A stretch of DNA of 64,000 nucleotides from Candidatus Dadabacteria bacterium (GCA_022819805.1 JAJEGO010000065.1:4794-68793), one strand, 5' to 3'; numbered from the stretch's first letter, positions 1 to 11,317 are shown. Notes: generated from the sequence alone by a model not told the origin. Made by a program: numbers and translations.

Positions 1-1046
1 TTCATTCTCCGGGAAGTGTCGCGCGCGCGGCGGTTGATTGCGCCCGCGAGAGAGTATCGGATTACCTCGGGGCGAGACCGGGAGAAATAGTTTTTACTTC
101 CGGTGGCAGCGAAAGCAACAATTCCGCCATAAAGGGCTTGGCCTACACCCTTTCGGACAGAGGGAATCATTTGGTTACGACCGCGGTCGAGCACGCCTCG
201 TGTCTTGAGACGTTTGCGTTTCTTGAGCGCGGTGGTTTCGAGGTCACTTACCTCCCGGTGGATTCCCTCGGACTGGTTTCCCCCGAGCAGTTCCGGGATG
301 CGATTACCGAGCGCACGATTCTTGTTTCCTGCATGTACGTGAATAACGAGACCGGTGTTATAAGCCCGATTCGCGAGATAGGAGAAATTGCCCGCGAGAG
401 GGGGGTGGTTTTTCATACCGACGCGGTTCAGGCTTTGGGGAAGATGGAAATTGATCTTGGGGACTTGCCGGTGGATATGGCATCTTTTTCCTCACACAAG
501 ATTTGCGGTCCCAAGGGGGCGGGGGCTCTTTACGCAAGAAAAGGAATCGGCCTTGAGCCTTTCGTGCACGGCGGGGGGCAGGAGAGGGGAAAGAGATCGG
601 GAACGGAGAACGTGGCGGCCGTATGCGGATTCGGTTACGCATGCGAGCTTCTCCGTGCGGAGCTTGAGACGGAGAGCGAAAGACTGGGAGAGCTGCGCGA
701 CCGTCTTTTCGAGGAGCTTTCCCGGAGAATAGAGGATGTTTATCTTAACGGACATCCCGACTCAAGAGTCTGCAATACCCTTAACGTTGGTTTTCCCGGC
801 ACTCCGGGGGATTCGGTGGTAATGAATCTCGATACCGCCGGTGTGGCGGTTTCAACCGGTTCCGCCTGCTCCGAGGGAAACATTGATCCTTCCCACGTAT
901 TGGTTGCCATGGGACTTGAAGAACAGGAAGCGCTCTGCTCGGTCAGGTTCAGTTTCGGCCGTTTTACCCGTTCGGAGGAAGTTGACAGGGTGGTTGAGCT
1001 TCTTCCCGCCATAGTGGAGAGGATAAGAGCGCTTAGGGATTTCTGA
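1..1046 (+). CDS. cysteine desulfurase (NifS/IscS family, class V aminotransferase), 5' end outside window
   Basis: The frame is open from base 3, reading HSPGSVARAAVDCARERVSDYLGARPGEIVFTSGGSESNNSAIKG upstream of the first ATG. The PLP-lysine region SSHKICGPKGAGALY and the C-terminal SACSEG motif are present. Confidence 0.85.
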   Translation, partial: HSPGSVARAAVDCARERVSDYLGARPGEIVFTSGGSESNNSAIKGLAYTLSDRGNHLVTTAVEHASCLETFAFLERGGFEVTYLPVDSLGLVSPEQFRDAITERTILVSCMYVNNETGVISPIREIGEIARERGVVFHTDAVQALGKMEIDLGDLPVDMASFSSHKICGPKGAGALYARKGIGLEPFVHGGGQERGKRSGTENVAAVCGFGYACELLRAELETESERLGELRDRLFEELSRRIEDVYLNGHPDSRVCNTLNVGFPGTPGDSVVMNLDTAGVAVSTGSACSEGNIDPSHVLVAMGLEEQEALCSVRFSFGRFTRSEEVDRVVELLPAIVERIRALRDF

Positions 1047-1112
1047 CGGGATGTCCGGGAACCGCCTGCCGAATTGTGTATATCGGCGGATAGCATGTAT
1101 TTGCCGCCGGAA

Positions 1113-2153
1113 TTAGGGGTAAAGCGGGACGGAGTCAAGTCCCAAGCCCTCAGGGAGATCGAGCATGATGTTCATGTTCTGTATCGCCTGGCCGGAGGCT
1201 CCCTTCACCAGGTTATCTATGGCAGAGACAATTACCGCGGTCTTTTTACCCGGGTTCGCCTTTACGCCTATGTCGCAGAAGTTTGAACCCCTGACGGAGG
1301 AGGTATTAGGAAAAGTCCCCTCGGGAAGAATCCTCACGAAGGGCGAGTTCCCGTAGAATTGTCCGAGGGCGTCAAGCAGTTCTCCGGTTTCATGGCTGCC
1401 CGAGAGGTTTACGTATATTGTCGAGAGTATGCCCCTGTTTATCGGTACAAGGTGCGGGGTGAAGACAACTCCCACCTTGCTGCCCAGAAAATCCGAGAGT
1501 CCCTGGTCTATTTCAGGGGCATGGCGGTGCTCGCCCACCTTGTAGGCTTTCATTCCTTCGGACACCTCGCAGAAATGGAGGTCAAGCGAAGGGTTCCTCC
1601 CTGCTCCTGAAGCCCCGGATTTGGAATCAATAATGATTCCCTCCGTCTCCACCATGCCGTTTTCAAGAAGCGGCGCGAGCGGAAGGATCGAGGAGGTGGG
1701 GTAGCATCCCGGGTTTGCCACCAGTTTTGTTTCCGATATCCGTTCCGCGTGCAGTTCGGGGATTCCGTAGACGGCGTTCTCCAGAAGATGGGCGCACGGA
1801 TGATCCCCGTACCAGTCCCTGTAGGTGCCTTCCCTGAGGCGGAAATCCGCCCCGAGGTCAATTATCCTTACGTCCCTTCCGTAAATTTCTTCTATGAGCT
1901 CGGCCGATGCTCCGTGCGGAAGTGCGGCGAATACCACGTCGGTATCGTCCGGGATGAGCGAGGGATCCGAACTGCTGAGCTCGAGATCGGCTATTTCTCC
2001 AAGGTGCGGAAACACCTCGGCCAGAGCACGACCCGCGTGCCTTGACGCTGTTAAATGGGAAATACTCGCCCGGGGATGTCCGTGGAGCAGCCTTATGAGT
2101 TCCGCTCCCGTGTAGCCGCTTGCTCCGAGAATGCATACGTTAAGATTTTTCAT
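1113..2153 (-). CDS. argC: N-acetyl-gamma-glutamyl-phosphate reductase
   Basis: 346 aa. N-terminal Rossmann motif ILGASGYTGAELIRLL and the catalytic Cys region ANPGCYPTS are present. Confidence 0.9.
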   Translation of the reverse strand: MKNLNVCILGASGYTGAELIRLLHGHPRASISHLTASRHAGRALAEVFPHLGEIADLELSSSDPSLIPDDTDVVFAALPHGASAELIEEIYGRDVRIIDLGADFRLREGTYRDWYGDHPCAHLLENAVYGIPELHAERISETKLVANPGCYPTSSILPLAPLLENGMVETEGIIIDSKSGASGAGRNPSLDLHFCEVSEGMKAYKVGEHRHAPEIDQGLSDFLGSKVGVVFTPHLVPINRGILSTIYVNLSGSHETGELLDALGQFYGNSPFVRILPEGTFPNTSSVRGSNFCDIGVKANPGKKTAVIVSAIDNLVKGASGQAIQNMNIMLDLPEGLGLDSVPLYP

Positions 2154-2505
2154 TACGGTGAAACGATACTACGGGAATCAGAAAAACTCAATCCGCCTCC
2201 GGCAATCAAGACATTTGTCCCGGGGATGATTCGGGCAACCTTGGATTCTCGGTATCCGTTTCAGAATTTCCGGGGGGTTTTCGGGGAATTAGGAGGTGTT
2301 TTATTATCCGGTAGAATTACCAAGGGCGTTTTGAGGCTGCGGTTGACCGCAGACCGGGTGGAAGCTCCGTTTAGCAGCGAGGACAAGGTCTCGAATCCGC
2401 GGGAGGAAAACCTGCCAATACCGAGAAGATATACCGCTTGATCAGTTTCCCGCACACTCGGGATCATAATCGGGCGGCGCACTAGGCATTATCGACTGAT
2501 TCTCT

Positions 2506-5500
2506 ATGCACGTCGCCGATTTCTCAGTAAGAAATTCCTTTTTCGTAAACCTGCTGATGGGAGCCATACTGCTCATAGGGCTTCTTTTTTCATTCTCTCT
2601 TCCCCTTGAACTGTTTCCCTCCGTAAAACTCGAAATGGTGACGGTAACCACGTCTTTTCCGGGTTCCTCCGCCGAAGACGTTGAGAACCTTGTAAGCGTT
2701 CCGATTGAGCAGCAGATAAAGAACGTCTCCGGCGTCAAGATCGTAAAATCCGTTTCTTCCGAAGGGTTCTCGCGGGTTACGGCCGAGGTTTACCCGGGTG
2801 AAGACACCAGAAGGATCGCCTGGGATATTGATTCCAGGATCAACCTGATAGCGGACGATCTTCCCGAGGACGCAGAAGAACCCGTGACCGAGGAGCAGAA
2901 GGCGAGCTTCCCGCTTGTGAGCGTTTCGGTCTCGGGGGATATGCCTAGAGATCTTCTCTATAGCAGCGCCAGAGGACTGCGGGATGAACTTGCGCTTTTG
3001 GACGGTATTGACAGCGTGACTTCCGTCGGACTGCCCGACCCGGCGATATGGGTCTATCTGGATTACCCGAAGATGGTGCAGTTCGGGCTGGGGATTGAGG
3101 AGATCTCAGATGCCATCAACGCGAGAAATCTGGATATTCCCGGGACGAATTTTACTCGGAACAGCGCTGATTTTCTGCTTAGGACCGAGGGAAAGATAAG
3201 GTCTGTGAAAGACCTTGTCGATATTCCGGTCGCCAGGAGCATTGAGGGTAAACATGTTCTGCTCCGCGATGTGGCGACGGTCGCTCTCGGGGAACAGCGA
3301 GAGGACTTGAGATCGAGAATAAACGGTCATCCCGCGATTACTTTCTGGGTGGAAAAGCAGAAGGACGTTGATATTCTCGATACCGTCGACCGCGTAAGGC
3401 AGCTTACCGAGAAATACGAAACGAAACTTCCCGAAGGTGCGGAGATAACCTTGGCGTTTGACAGGTCGCACTGGGTGAAAAGTCGTCTTCAGACCATGCT
3501 TAAAAGCGGGGGTCTGGGTTTTGTTCTGGTGGTACTCCTTCTCGCTCTTTTCCTTGATCGCAGGGCGGCCTTCATAGCCGCGCTGGGGATTCCCGTTTCC
3601 TTCTTGGGGGCCGCGATATTAATGAAGATGACCGGCACGACGCTTAATGTCCTTTCCATGTTCGGTCTTATAATGATGCTGGGAATGGTGGTTGATGACG
3701 CCATAATCGTCGTTGAGAACGTCCAGAGGTATATATCAAGGGGAATGGAACCCATGAGGGCGGCGGTGGTTGGGACAAGAGAGGTTGCCTGGCCTGTGGT
3801 CGCTACGGTGCTGACCAATATCGCCGCGTTTACCCCCCTTCTTCTTGCCACCGGGCTCATCGGACAGTTCCTTTCCGTAATTCCCAAGGTTGCGATATTC
3901 GCTCTTTGCTTCTCCCTTTTCGAAGCCCTGCTGATCATGCCGTCTCACTGCGCCGACTGGCTTCCTGCGAGCGGCACGAGGAGACCTCCTCGCGGAAACG
4001 CGCCGCTTCTGCGCGTAAGGGGCCTGTATCTGCGGGGACTTCTGTTCGCCCTTAGAAATCGCTATGCGGTAATAGGATGTTTTGCGACTGTTTTTTCCTT
4101 TTCAGTGTTTGTGTTTGTCCAGATTCCCAACGTGATGTTCTACCTTCATGATACCGAGGAGATAATGATAAGGGTTGAGAACTCTCCCTCGTCCAGTCTG
4201 GAGCGTACGGCCGCTTCAGTAGCCCAGGTGGAGGAAGCCGTGCGCCGCAGTGTCCCCGCTCATGTCCTGAAGAACACTTTGTCCATGGTTGGCATCGATA
4301 TGTCGGACTCTGACAATCTGTTTTCCACGGGAGACCATGTGGCCTCGGTTCTGGTTCAATACGAGGATTACTCCGAGAGAAAGGAAAACGCGCTTGAACT
4401 CTCTCGGATCGCGGAGAGCAGAGCAGGGGAAACGGTTACGGGACCCAAGCAGGTTGATTTCCTCATAACGGTGGGTCCTCCTACCGGGAAACCGGTGGAC
4501 GTCAAGATAAGCGGGGATGACATACCGGTGCTGATGGAAATAGCTTCCCGGGTCCGGGAATTTCTGAGCAGTCAGCCGGGGGTGAGCGCCGCGACCAGCA
4601 ATCTTGTTTACGGAAAGCCCGAGGCGAGAGTTGAGATAGACGAGAGGAAAGCCGGGGTGTTCGGTATTGATAAGTGGAGCGTGGCGCGGGAAATCAAGGC
4701 TCTTGGAGACGGTCTCACAATTGCGAAGACCAGAGTGGGCGAGGAAGAGGCCGAGATAAATCTGCGATACGGAAGGGGAGGAGATTCCAGTGTTTTCTCG
4801 GTAAAATCGCATCAGGTCCCGACCCCTCTCGGGAAGCGGGTTGCTATCGGCACTGTGGCGGAGATAAAGGACTCCAGGACGCCTCTTGAGATAAGAAGGG
4901 AGAAGCTTCGAAGAACAGTCACCGTGACAGCCGAAGTGGACGCCCAGACGACTACTTCAAGGGAAGTAAACGCGAATCTTTCGCGTCACCTCGACAGTCT
5001 TCTGGAGAGCTACCCCGGCTACTCGTTTCGGTTCGCGGGGGAGGAGGAGCAGTACACTCAGGCTATAAGCGACATAAAAAAGGCGTCGCTTTTGGCGATA
5101 CTTCTTATTTATCTCATTCTCGCAAGCATACTGCGCTCCACTTTTCAGCCCCTTATAATAATGAGTGTGCTGCCTTTTTGCGTTACGGGAGTGATCGTGG
5201 CGATTCTGTTGCGCGGCGAACCCATGACGCTTCCTGCCATAATAGGAATGGTTGCGCTTCTGGGGATAGTTGTGAATGACAGCCTGTTGCTGCTCAACTT
5301 TATCAACCGGAGGGCGAAAAAGCTGCCGAGCAAGGCTGCGGCCATAGTATTTTCCGCGAGGTACCGCTTCCGGCCTATCGTTCTTACCACGCTTACGACA
5401 TTCTCGGGGCTTTTCTCCCTGATGTTTGCCTACAAGGGCCAGGCGGGCATTCTCGCTCCGATGGCGGCTTCCCTGGGGTTCGGACTTGTTTTTTCGACCT

Positions 5501-5625
5501 TCGTCATACTTTACCTCGTGCCCTGTCTTTATCTGGCCCTTGATGATATTACCAAGCGGTTGCGGTATTTTACCCATCCGAGAATGTTGGAGCCGGGTGG
5601 AAGAGATTTCCTGCAAATTGATTAA
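2506..5625 (+). CDS. RND family efflux transporter permease (AcrB/HAE-type, 12-TM)
   Basis: 1039 aa. Two large periplasmic loops alternate with TM bundles. The C-terminal half resembles AcrB-like proteins (GIVVNDSLLL). No adjacent membrane-fusion or outer-membrane partner gene is present. Confidence 0.8.
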   Translation: MHVADFSVRNSFFVNLLMGAILLIGLLFSFSLPLELFPSVKLEMVTVTTSFPGSSAEDVENLVSVPIEQQIKNVSGVKIVKSVSSEGFSRVTAEVYPGEDTRRIAWDIDSRINLIADDLPEDAEEPVTEEQKASFPLVSVSVSGDMPRDLLYSSARGLRDELALLDGIDSVTSVGLPDPAIWVYLDYPKMVQFGLGIEEISDAINARNLDIPGTNFTRNSADFLLRTEGKIRSVKDLVDIPVARSIEGKHVLLRDVATVALGEQREDLRSRINGHPAITFWVEKQKDVDILDTVDRVRQLTEKYETKLPEGAEITLAFDRSHWVKSRLQTMLKSGGLGFVLVVLLLALFLDRRAAFIAALGIPVSFLGAAILMKMTGTTLNVLSMFGLIMMLGMVVDDAIIVVENVQRYISRGMEPMRAAVVGTREVAWPVVATVLTNIAAFTPLLLATGLIGQFLSVIPKVAIFALCFSLFEALLIMPSHCADWLPASGTRRPPRGNAPLLRVRGLYLRGLLFALRNRYAVIGCFATVFSFSVFVFVQIPNVMFYLHDTEEIMIRVENSPSSSLERTAASVAQVEEAVRRSVPAHVLKNTLSMVGIDMSDSDNLFSTGDHVASVLVQYEDYSERKENALELSRIAESRAGETVTGPKQVDFLITVGPPTGKPVDVKISGDDIPVLMEIASRVREFLSSQPGVSAATSNLVYGKPEARVEIDERKAGVFGIDKWSVAREIKALGDGLTIAKTRVGEEEAEINLRYGRGGDSSVFSVKSHQVPTPLGKRVAIGTVAEIKDSRTPLEIRREKLRRTVTVTAEVDAQTTTSREVNANLSRHLDSLLESYPGYSFRFAGEEEQYTQAISDIKKASLLAILLIYLILASILRSTFQPLIIMSVLPFCVTGVIVAILLRGEPMTLPAIIGMVALLGIVVNDSLLLLNFINRRAKKLPSKAAAIVFSARYRFRPIVLTTLTTFSGLFSLMFAYKGQAGILAPMAASLGFGLVFSTFVILYLVPCLYLALDDITKRLRYFTHPRMLEPGGRDFLQID

Positions 5626-5713
5626 TGACTAATTATCCTATTTCCCTATTGACTAACAGCAGGCAAGTGTATAGTTTTTGCGAAGTTCAGAGTCAAGTTT
5701 GGGAGGTTTTGCA

Positions 5714-6721
5714 ATGTCCATCAGGGTTGGAATAAACGGGTTTGGGAGAATAGGAAGACACGTACTCAGAATCGGTCTCGGCAGAGAAGACCTTGAGTTC
5801 GTGGGCATAAACGATATTACAGATACCGAAACCCTGGCTCATCTTTTCAAGTACGATTCGGTGTTTGGTCGTTACCCGGGAGAGGTCGAGTTTGACGGCG
5901 AGGGAATAACCGTAGATGGAAAGTCCATAAGGGTGTTTTCCGAGAGAGACCCTGCAAATATTCCCTGGGCCGATACGGGGGCGCAGGTCGTGGCGGAGGC
6001 AAGCGGTATTTTCAGGACCCGCGAGGCCGCAGCGGCGCACATGGGTGAGACCGTGAAGAAGGTAATAATTACCGCGCCTGCCAGCGGCAAGGTGGATTTC
6101 ACCACGGTAATCGGTATAAACGATCATGACTACGAGCCGGAAAGCCACGACGTGATTTCAAACGCGTCCTGCACGACCAACTGCTTCGGCCTGCTGGTCA
6201 AGGTCCTTCACGAGAATTTCGCGATCAGGCGGGGGGAGATGACCACGATACACTCCTATACGAACGATCAGAGAATACTTGACACTCCTCACAAGGATAA
6301 AAGAAGGGCGAGGGCGGCAGCGCTTTCCATTATTCCCACAAGCACGGGGGCGGCAAATGCCATACAGATCGTCTTTCCCGAACTCAAGGGGAAACTCTCC
6401 GCGGTTGCGGTGAGGGTCCCCACGCCCAACGTGTCGCTTGTGGATTTCACCTGCGAGGTGGAGAAAGGAACTTCTGCGGATGAAGTGAACGCCAAGTTCA
6501 AGGAAGCGGCTGAAGGAACACTTAGTGGTTACCTCGCTTACGTCGAGGACGAAATCGTTTCTTCCGATCTTGTGGGAGACACTCATTCCTGCTCTTTTGA
6601 CTCCATGCTGACTTCGGTGGTGGAGGATAGCCTAGTCAAGGTTGTCGCCTGGTATGACAACGAGTACGGATACACTTCCAGGGTGGTTGATCTTATAGAA
6701 CTTGTCGGGAGAGCGCTTTGA
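5714..6721 (+). CDS. gap: glyceraldehyde-3-phosphate dehydrogenase, type I
   Basis: The start was re-derived at MSIRVGINGFGRIGR. The catalytic SNASCTTNC motif is present. Confidence 0.92.
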   Translation: MSIRVGINGFGRIGRHVLRIGLGREDLEFVGINDITDTETLAHLFKYDSVFGRYPGEVEFDGEGITVDGKSIRVFSERDPANIPWADTGAQVVAEASGIFRTREAAAAHMGETVKKVIITAPASGKVDFTTVIGINDHDYEPESHDVISNASCTTNCFGLLVKVLHENFAIRRGEMTTIHSYTNDQRILDTPHKDKRRARAAALSIIPTSTGAANAIQIVFPELKGKLSAVAVRVPTPNVSLVDFTCEVEKGTSADEVNAKFKEAAEGTLSGYLAYVEDEIVSSDLVGDTHSCSFDSMLTSVVEDSLVKVVAWYDNEYGYTSRVVDLIELVGRAL

Positions 6722-7914
6722 AGAAAAAGCTTCTTGTAACTGATATTCCCGACTCGCAGTACGAGGGGAAAAGAGTCTTCGTAAGGGTTGATTTCAACGT
6801 TCCCGTAAACGGCGGAAAGATAACCGAAGACTACAGGATAAGACGCACTATTCCCACAATCGATTACCTTACAAGATGCGGGGCCAGAGTAATACTGGCT
6901 TCCCATATGGGGAGACCTAAGGGACGCAGGATAGAACGTCTTTCCATGGCTCCTGTGGCTGCTAGGCTTAATGAGTTTCTGGGAACCAAGATCCATTTTC
7001 CGGGCGCTGTCGTGGGCAGGAAAGTTAATAACACCTCGAAAAGACTCAAAAACGGCGAGGTGATGCTCCTTGAAAACCTGAGGTACCACAGCGAGGAACA
7101 GGAAAATGATGCGGATTTCTCGAAAAAACTCGCGTCTTTAGCCGATATCTACGTGAACGAGGCTTTCGGCACCTCGCACAGGGCCCACGCTTCCACTTAC
7201 GGAATGACCGCTCACTTCGATAAGAAGCTCGCGGGCCTCATGGTTGGAAACGAAATGAAGTTTCTCAGCCGCCTGATAAGAAGACCCAAGAAACCCTACG
7301 TGGTCATTGTCGGGGGAATGAAGATAAAGGACAAGATAGGGGCCCTAAAGAACATAATCAAGAAGGCGGACAAGGTTCTTATAGGGGGCGGAGTGGCTTA
7401 TACATTTCTGGCGGCGCAGGGAGTGAACGTAGGGAAATGTTCTGTGGAGAGGGAGATGCTCTACTGGGCCCGGGAGGCCCTTGACACCTACAAGGAAAAG
7501 ATCCTTCTGCCCGTTGACCACGTGATGGCTGAGTCTGCCGGCGGCAAGAAGACTCTTGCGGTTACGGGCGCTGAGATCCTCGACGACATGACGGCTTTTG
7601 ACATAGGGCCTAAGACAGTGGAGAAATTCACTTCGCACATAAAGGGAGAGGGTACGGTCTTCTGGAACGGTCCCATGGGATTTTTCGAAGTGGACGATTT
7701 CTCAAACGGCACAAGCGCCATCGCCAGATCGTTCGCGCTTGCCACGTGGAGAGGGGCTACCACTGTTCTCGGAGGAGGGGACAGCGTGGCGTCGCTTAAA
7801 AAGTCCGGAGTCAAGTTCTCCGAAGCAACCCACGTTTCGACCGGGGGTGGTGCCTGTTTCGAGTTCCTCGGAGGATCCGACCTCCCGGGAATATCGGTTC
7901 TCAGTGACAGCTAG
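6718..7914 (+). CDS. pgk: phosphoglycerate kinase
   Basis: 398 aa. RVDFNVP and the GGGA/GGGD hinge motifs are present. A 4-nt overlap with gap suggests an operon. Confidence 0.92.
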   Translation: MKKKLLVTDIPDSQYEGKRVFVRVDFNVPVNGGKITEDYRIRRTIPTIDYLTRCGARVILASHMGRPKGRRIERLSMAPVAARLNEFLGTKIHFPGAVVGRKVNNTSKRLKNGEVMLLENLRYHSEEQENDADFSKKLASLADIYVNEAFGTSHRAHASTYGMTAHFDKKLAGLMVGNEMKFLSRLIRRPKKPYVVIVGGMKIKDKIGALKNIIKKADKVLIGGGVAYTFLAAQGVNVGKCSVEREMLYWAREALDTYKEKILLPVDHVMAESAGGKKTLAVTGAEILDDMTAFDIGPKTVEKFTSHIKGEGTVFWNGPMGFFEVDDFSNGTSAIARSFALATWRGATTVLGGGDSVASLKKSGVKFSEATHVSTGGGACFEFLGGSDLPGISVLSDS

Positions 7915-7968
7915 GACCCTATCAGGTATTTATTTCAGTAGAATCTGAAATTTTTCAGGGGTGAACAC

Positions 7969-9042
7969 ATGGCCATAAAAGAACTTAAGGGAATCGATAA
8001 GGTACAGGCGTTTTTGGGAGAGGATTCGGAATACCTGCTCGGTCACAAGTGCACGACTATAAGCAAAAAAAGCCTTTATCTTCCGGGGCCGGGTTACATA
8101 GACGAGGTATTCGTCCAGAACGACCGTTCGCCCGCGGTGATAAGAAACCTGCAGACCCTCCTTAATCACGGCCGTCTCGGAGGAACCGGATACGTATCAA
8201 TTCTTCCAGTGGACCAAGGGATTGAGCACTCTGCTGGAGCGTCTTTCGCGGTCAATCCTCTTTATTTCGATCCCGAGAACATAGTGAAGCTCGCCATGGA
8301 GGGAGGCTGTAACGCCGTAGCCTCGACAGTGGGGGTGCTGGGTTCTGTCTCAAGAAAATACGCGCACAAAATTCCCTTCATAGCTAAAGTCAACCACAAC
8401 GAACTGCTAAGCTACCCCAACACTTTCGATCAGATTCTTTTCGGGAACGTGGACCAGGCCTTTCAGATGGGAGCGGTGGCGGTCGGAGCGACGATATATT
8501 TCGGTTCCGAAGAAAGTTCCCGCCAGATTCAGGAAATATCAGAGGTTTTCAGCCACGCCCACTCCTTGGGACTTGCGACCATACTCTGGGCTTACCTGAG
8601 GAACCCGGCCTTCAAGCAGGACGAGGCCGATTACCATGTTTCGGCTGACCTCACGGGGCAGGCAAATCACCTCTCGGTGAGCGTGGGAGCCGATATAGTC
8701 AAGCAGAAGCTTCCGGAAAACAACGGCGGCTTCACGGCTCTTTCCTTCGGAAAGACCCACGAGCGCGTTTATTCGAAACTGACTTCCGATCACCCGATAG
8801 ACCTTACCCGCTACCAGCTTGCCAACTGTTACATGGGAAGGATAGGACTTATAAATTCGGGAGGGGCCTCGGGTTCGGACGATCTAGGGGACGCGGTTAG
8901 AACCGCGATCATAAACAAGAGGGCCGGGGGGATGGGGCTCATAAGCGGAAGAAAATCCTTCCAGAAGCCTATGAAGGAAGGCGTCGCGCTTCTGAAAAGC
9001 ATTCAGAATGTCTACCTGGAGCGGGAAATCACGGTTGCCTGA
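7969..9042 (+). CDS. fbaB: class I fructose-bisphosphate aldolase (DhnA/FbaB type)
   Basis: 357 aa, and E. coli FbaB-like in both size and sequence ([10 protein letters not shown] ... Schiff-base lysine region). Confidence 0.75.
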   Translation: MAIKELKGIDKVQAFLGEDSEYLLGHKCTTISKKSLYLPGPGYIDEVFVQNDRSPAVIRNLQTLLNHGRLGGTGYVSILPVDQGIEHSAGASFAVNPLYFDPENIVKLAMEGGCNAVASTVGVLGSVSRKYAHKIPFIAKVNHNELLSYPNTFDQILFGNVDQAFQMGAVAVGATIYFGSEESSRQIQEISEVFSHAHSLGLATILWAYLRNPAFKQDEADYHVSADLTGQANHLSVSVGADIVKQKLPENNGGFTALSFGKTHERVYSKLTSDHPIDLTRYQLANCYMGRIGLINSGGASGSDDLGDAVRTAIINKRAGGMGLISGRKSFQKPMKEGVALLKSIQNVYLEREITVA

Positions 9043-9052
9043 GCGTCTGGGC

Positions 9053-10102
9053 TCACTTGAAGTGGCTTATTACTTCCCCCGCGAGTGTATTGAATGAGTA
9101 CTCGAGATCGGGGCTGAAATCCCTGATTATGAAGTGCGTAACTCCGGCCTCTATATATTCCTCAAACCTTTTTATTGCGTCCTCAGCCGTTCCGTAAATC
9201 ACGAAATCAGACAGTATCTCCCGGGTGTAGTACGTCTCTCCCATCTGTCTGAATCTGGTCAGCATGTCAGGGTCGTTGGGCATTATGCTTGTGTAGGAAA
9301 GCCCCTCGTACTTGGGATCTATTTCGAGATCGTATCCGGCTTCCTCTATGACGTCCGGCCAGATTATCGCATGCTTTATTCTGTCAAGAGTTTCGTAGGC
9401 CGTGTCCCTGTCCCTGGCGATGGACACGAAAATGTATATGCATTTCTCAAAGTTCTCTGGAGCGGTTGGATTTCCGCTCATGGCTTTTTCCACCTCAGCG
9501 AGCTTGCTTGAAAAAACCCATGTGGGCATCGCGTTTGTTACCCAGCCGTTTCCGAGCGCGCCGGCGACCCCCAGAGCCTTCGGTCCGGTCGCGGCTACGT
9601 ATACCGGAACTTCTCCGTTAACCGGGCTTATCCTTACCTCGGCTTCACTGAGAGAGTAGAACTCCCCCTGAAAAGTCACCGCCTCCCCCGCCCATAGCTG
9701 CCTCATGAGCGGCACGGACTCCTGAAGACGCGCAAGAGGTCTGTTCCAGTTTATGCCGTAGTAGTCAAGATTCATCTTTTCCCCGTACCCAAGACAGCTG
9801 AACGCTCTTCCACCCGAGAGGTTGTCTATGGTCGCGAGCCTGTGGGCGAACATCGCGGGATGGGACCTGTGGGGATCCCCGATGGCTCCGAGGCGGATTC
9901 TGTCCGTTTTTACCGCCGCGGCCGTGATTACCGACCACACTTCCGGAGTCAGTTTTTTCGCCATAAACAGTATGTGGTCGGGAAACCATACTGCGTCAAA
10001 ACCGGCCGCCTCGCAGCTGACGGCAAAGTCCACGAGCTCCGTAACCGGCTTGCCCGGAAGAGGGGCTGTAAGCCCGAAGCTTATTTTTTCACCCATTTTC
10101 AC
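9053..10102 (-). CDS. luciferase-like monooxygenase (LLM) family F420-dependent oxidoreductase (Fgd/Mer-like)
   Basis: 349 aa TIM-barrel LLM signature. LMRQLWAGE and [17 protein letters not shown] resemble F420-dependent G6P dehydrogenase and methylene-H4MPT reductase. Confidence 0.7.
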   Translation of the reverse strand: MKMGEKISFGLTAPLPGKPVTELVDFAVSCEAAGFDAVWFPDHILFMAKKLTPEVWSVITAAAVKTDRIRLGAIGDPHRSHPAMFAHRLATIDNLSGGRAFSCLGYGEKMNLDYYGINWNRPLARLQESVPLMRQLWAGEAVTFQGEFYSLSEAEVRISPVNGEVPVYVAATGPKALGVAGALGNGWVTNAMPTWVFSSKLAEVEKAMSGNPTAPENFEKCIYIFVSIARDRDTAYETLDRIKHAIIWPDVIEEAGYDLEIDPKYEGLSYTSIMPNDPDMLTRFRQMGETYYTREILSDFVIYGTAEDAIKRFEEYIEAGVTHFIIRDFSPDLEYSFNTLAGEVISHFK

Positions 10103-11163
10103 TCCTCCTCGGATTCCTTGGTGTCTTTTAAGAAGTTTAGGAACTTGCTTACCATGTTGTAGGAGCCGATATATATGGGGGTTCTCTGGTGAAGCTCCGT
10201 CGGCTGAAGATCAAGAGTTCTTTCCGTCCCGCTTGACGATGCTCCTCCTGCCTGCTCCACGATGAAAGCCATCGGGTTGCACTCGTAGAGAAGCCTGAGT
10301 TTCCCGTTCGGAGAGTCTGCGGTCTGCGGGTAGAGAAATATTCCTCCCTTGAGCAGGTTCCTGTGGATATCGGCGACCATGGACCCGACGTATCGAAGTG
10401 ACAGGGGACTGTTCTCTCCGTCCCTGCAGTGATCGAGATATTCCTTTACCCTCTCGGGAAATTTGGGGTAGTTATAGTAGTTAACCGAGAAAATACTGCC
10501 TTGGCTCGGGATCTTTATGTCCGGATGCGAGAGGCAGAACTCTCCTATCGACGGGTCAAGTGTGAACCCGTTTACTCCGTGGCCGGTTGTGTACACCAGC
10601 ATGGTCGAGGAACCGTAGATTATGTATCCGGCGGCCGTCTGGGCCTTGCCCGGCTGCAGGAAATCCTCTTTTGAGCACGGGGAGAACATCTTGGATGTTC
10701 TCCTGTATATGGAGAATATGGTTCCCACCGACACGTTAACGTCTATGTTGGAAGATCCGTCAAGAGGGTCCATTGCTATGACGTATTTTGAGGCTTTCGA
10801 CTTCTCGTCGGAAAAAGCTATGAAATCCTCGTTTTCCTCAGACGCCACTCCCGCGCATTCACCGCCGTGTTCAAGCGCGGTCAGAAACTTCTCGTTCGCG
10901 TAGGAATCGAGCTTTCTTACCTCTTCTCCCTGGATGTTTACTTGGCCCGTTTTGCCCAGGATATCCGCCACGAGACCGGCTTTGTTCACTTCCCTGTGAA
11001 CTATTTTCGCCGCAAACCCTATGTCCCGAAGCAGTCTTGAAAGCTCCCCGGTGGAATAGGGAAATTCATACTGATTTCTTATGATAAATTCGTCAAGAGT
11101 AGTTATCGAAACCATGTTGCGAGTTGTTCTAGAGAACGGCCGCGGACGAAACGCTTTTCTCAT
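10099..11163 (-). CDS. fbp: fructose-1,6-bisphosphatase class I
   Basis: 354 aa. [22 protein letters not shown] metal-binding motifs are present. It overlaps the LLM gene by 4 nt. Confidence 0.9.
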   Translation of the reverse strand: MRKAFRPRPFSRTTRNMVSITTLDEFIIRNQYEFPYSTGELSRLLRDIGFAAKIVHREVNKAGLVADILGKTGQVNIQGEEVRKLDSYANEKFLTALEHGGECAGVASEENEDFIAFSDEKSKASKYVIAMDPLDGSSNIDVNVSVGTIFSIYRRTSKMFSPCSKEDFLQPGKAQTAAGYIIYGSSTMLVYTTGHGVNGFTLDPSIGEFCLSHPDIKIPSQGSIFSVNYYNYPKFPERVKEYLDHCRDGENSPLSLRYVGSMVADIHRNLLKGGIFLYPQTADSPNGKLRLLYECNPMAFIVEQAGGASSSGTERTLDLQPTELHQRTPIYIGSYNMVSKFLNFLKDTKESEEE

Positions 11164-11317
11164 AAAAGGATAACTGAATCGGGGGAGTTAATTAAGGGAA
11201 TATTGATTAATAATGATCAGGGAAACCGTTTCGGCCTGATAAGCCGCACGGGATTGCGGAATCCTTAGGTGGCATCGCGAAGAAAGCGGCCATGAATACC
11301 ACGCGGTTCACCCCCGC

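Noticed and set aside
2055-2441. 128-aa plus-strand ORF upstream of the RND gene
   Set aside because: Its first third overlaps the argC coding region on the opposite strand, the rest has no motif, and the stem-loop at 2336..2351 explains the local structure better.
3489-4812. Minus-strand ORFs of 149-198 aa (3489..3938, 4216..4812, 4957..5616) inside the RND permease gene
   Set aside because: They are entirely antisense to a well-supported 1039-aa CDS, have low-complexity Arg/Pro-rich translations and show no motifs. They are shadow ORFs typical of GC-rich coding DNA.
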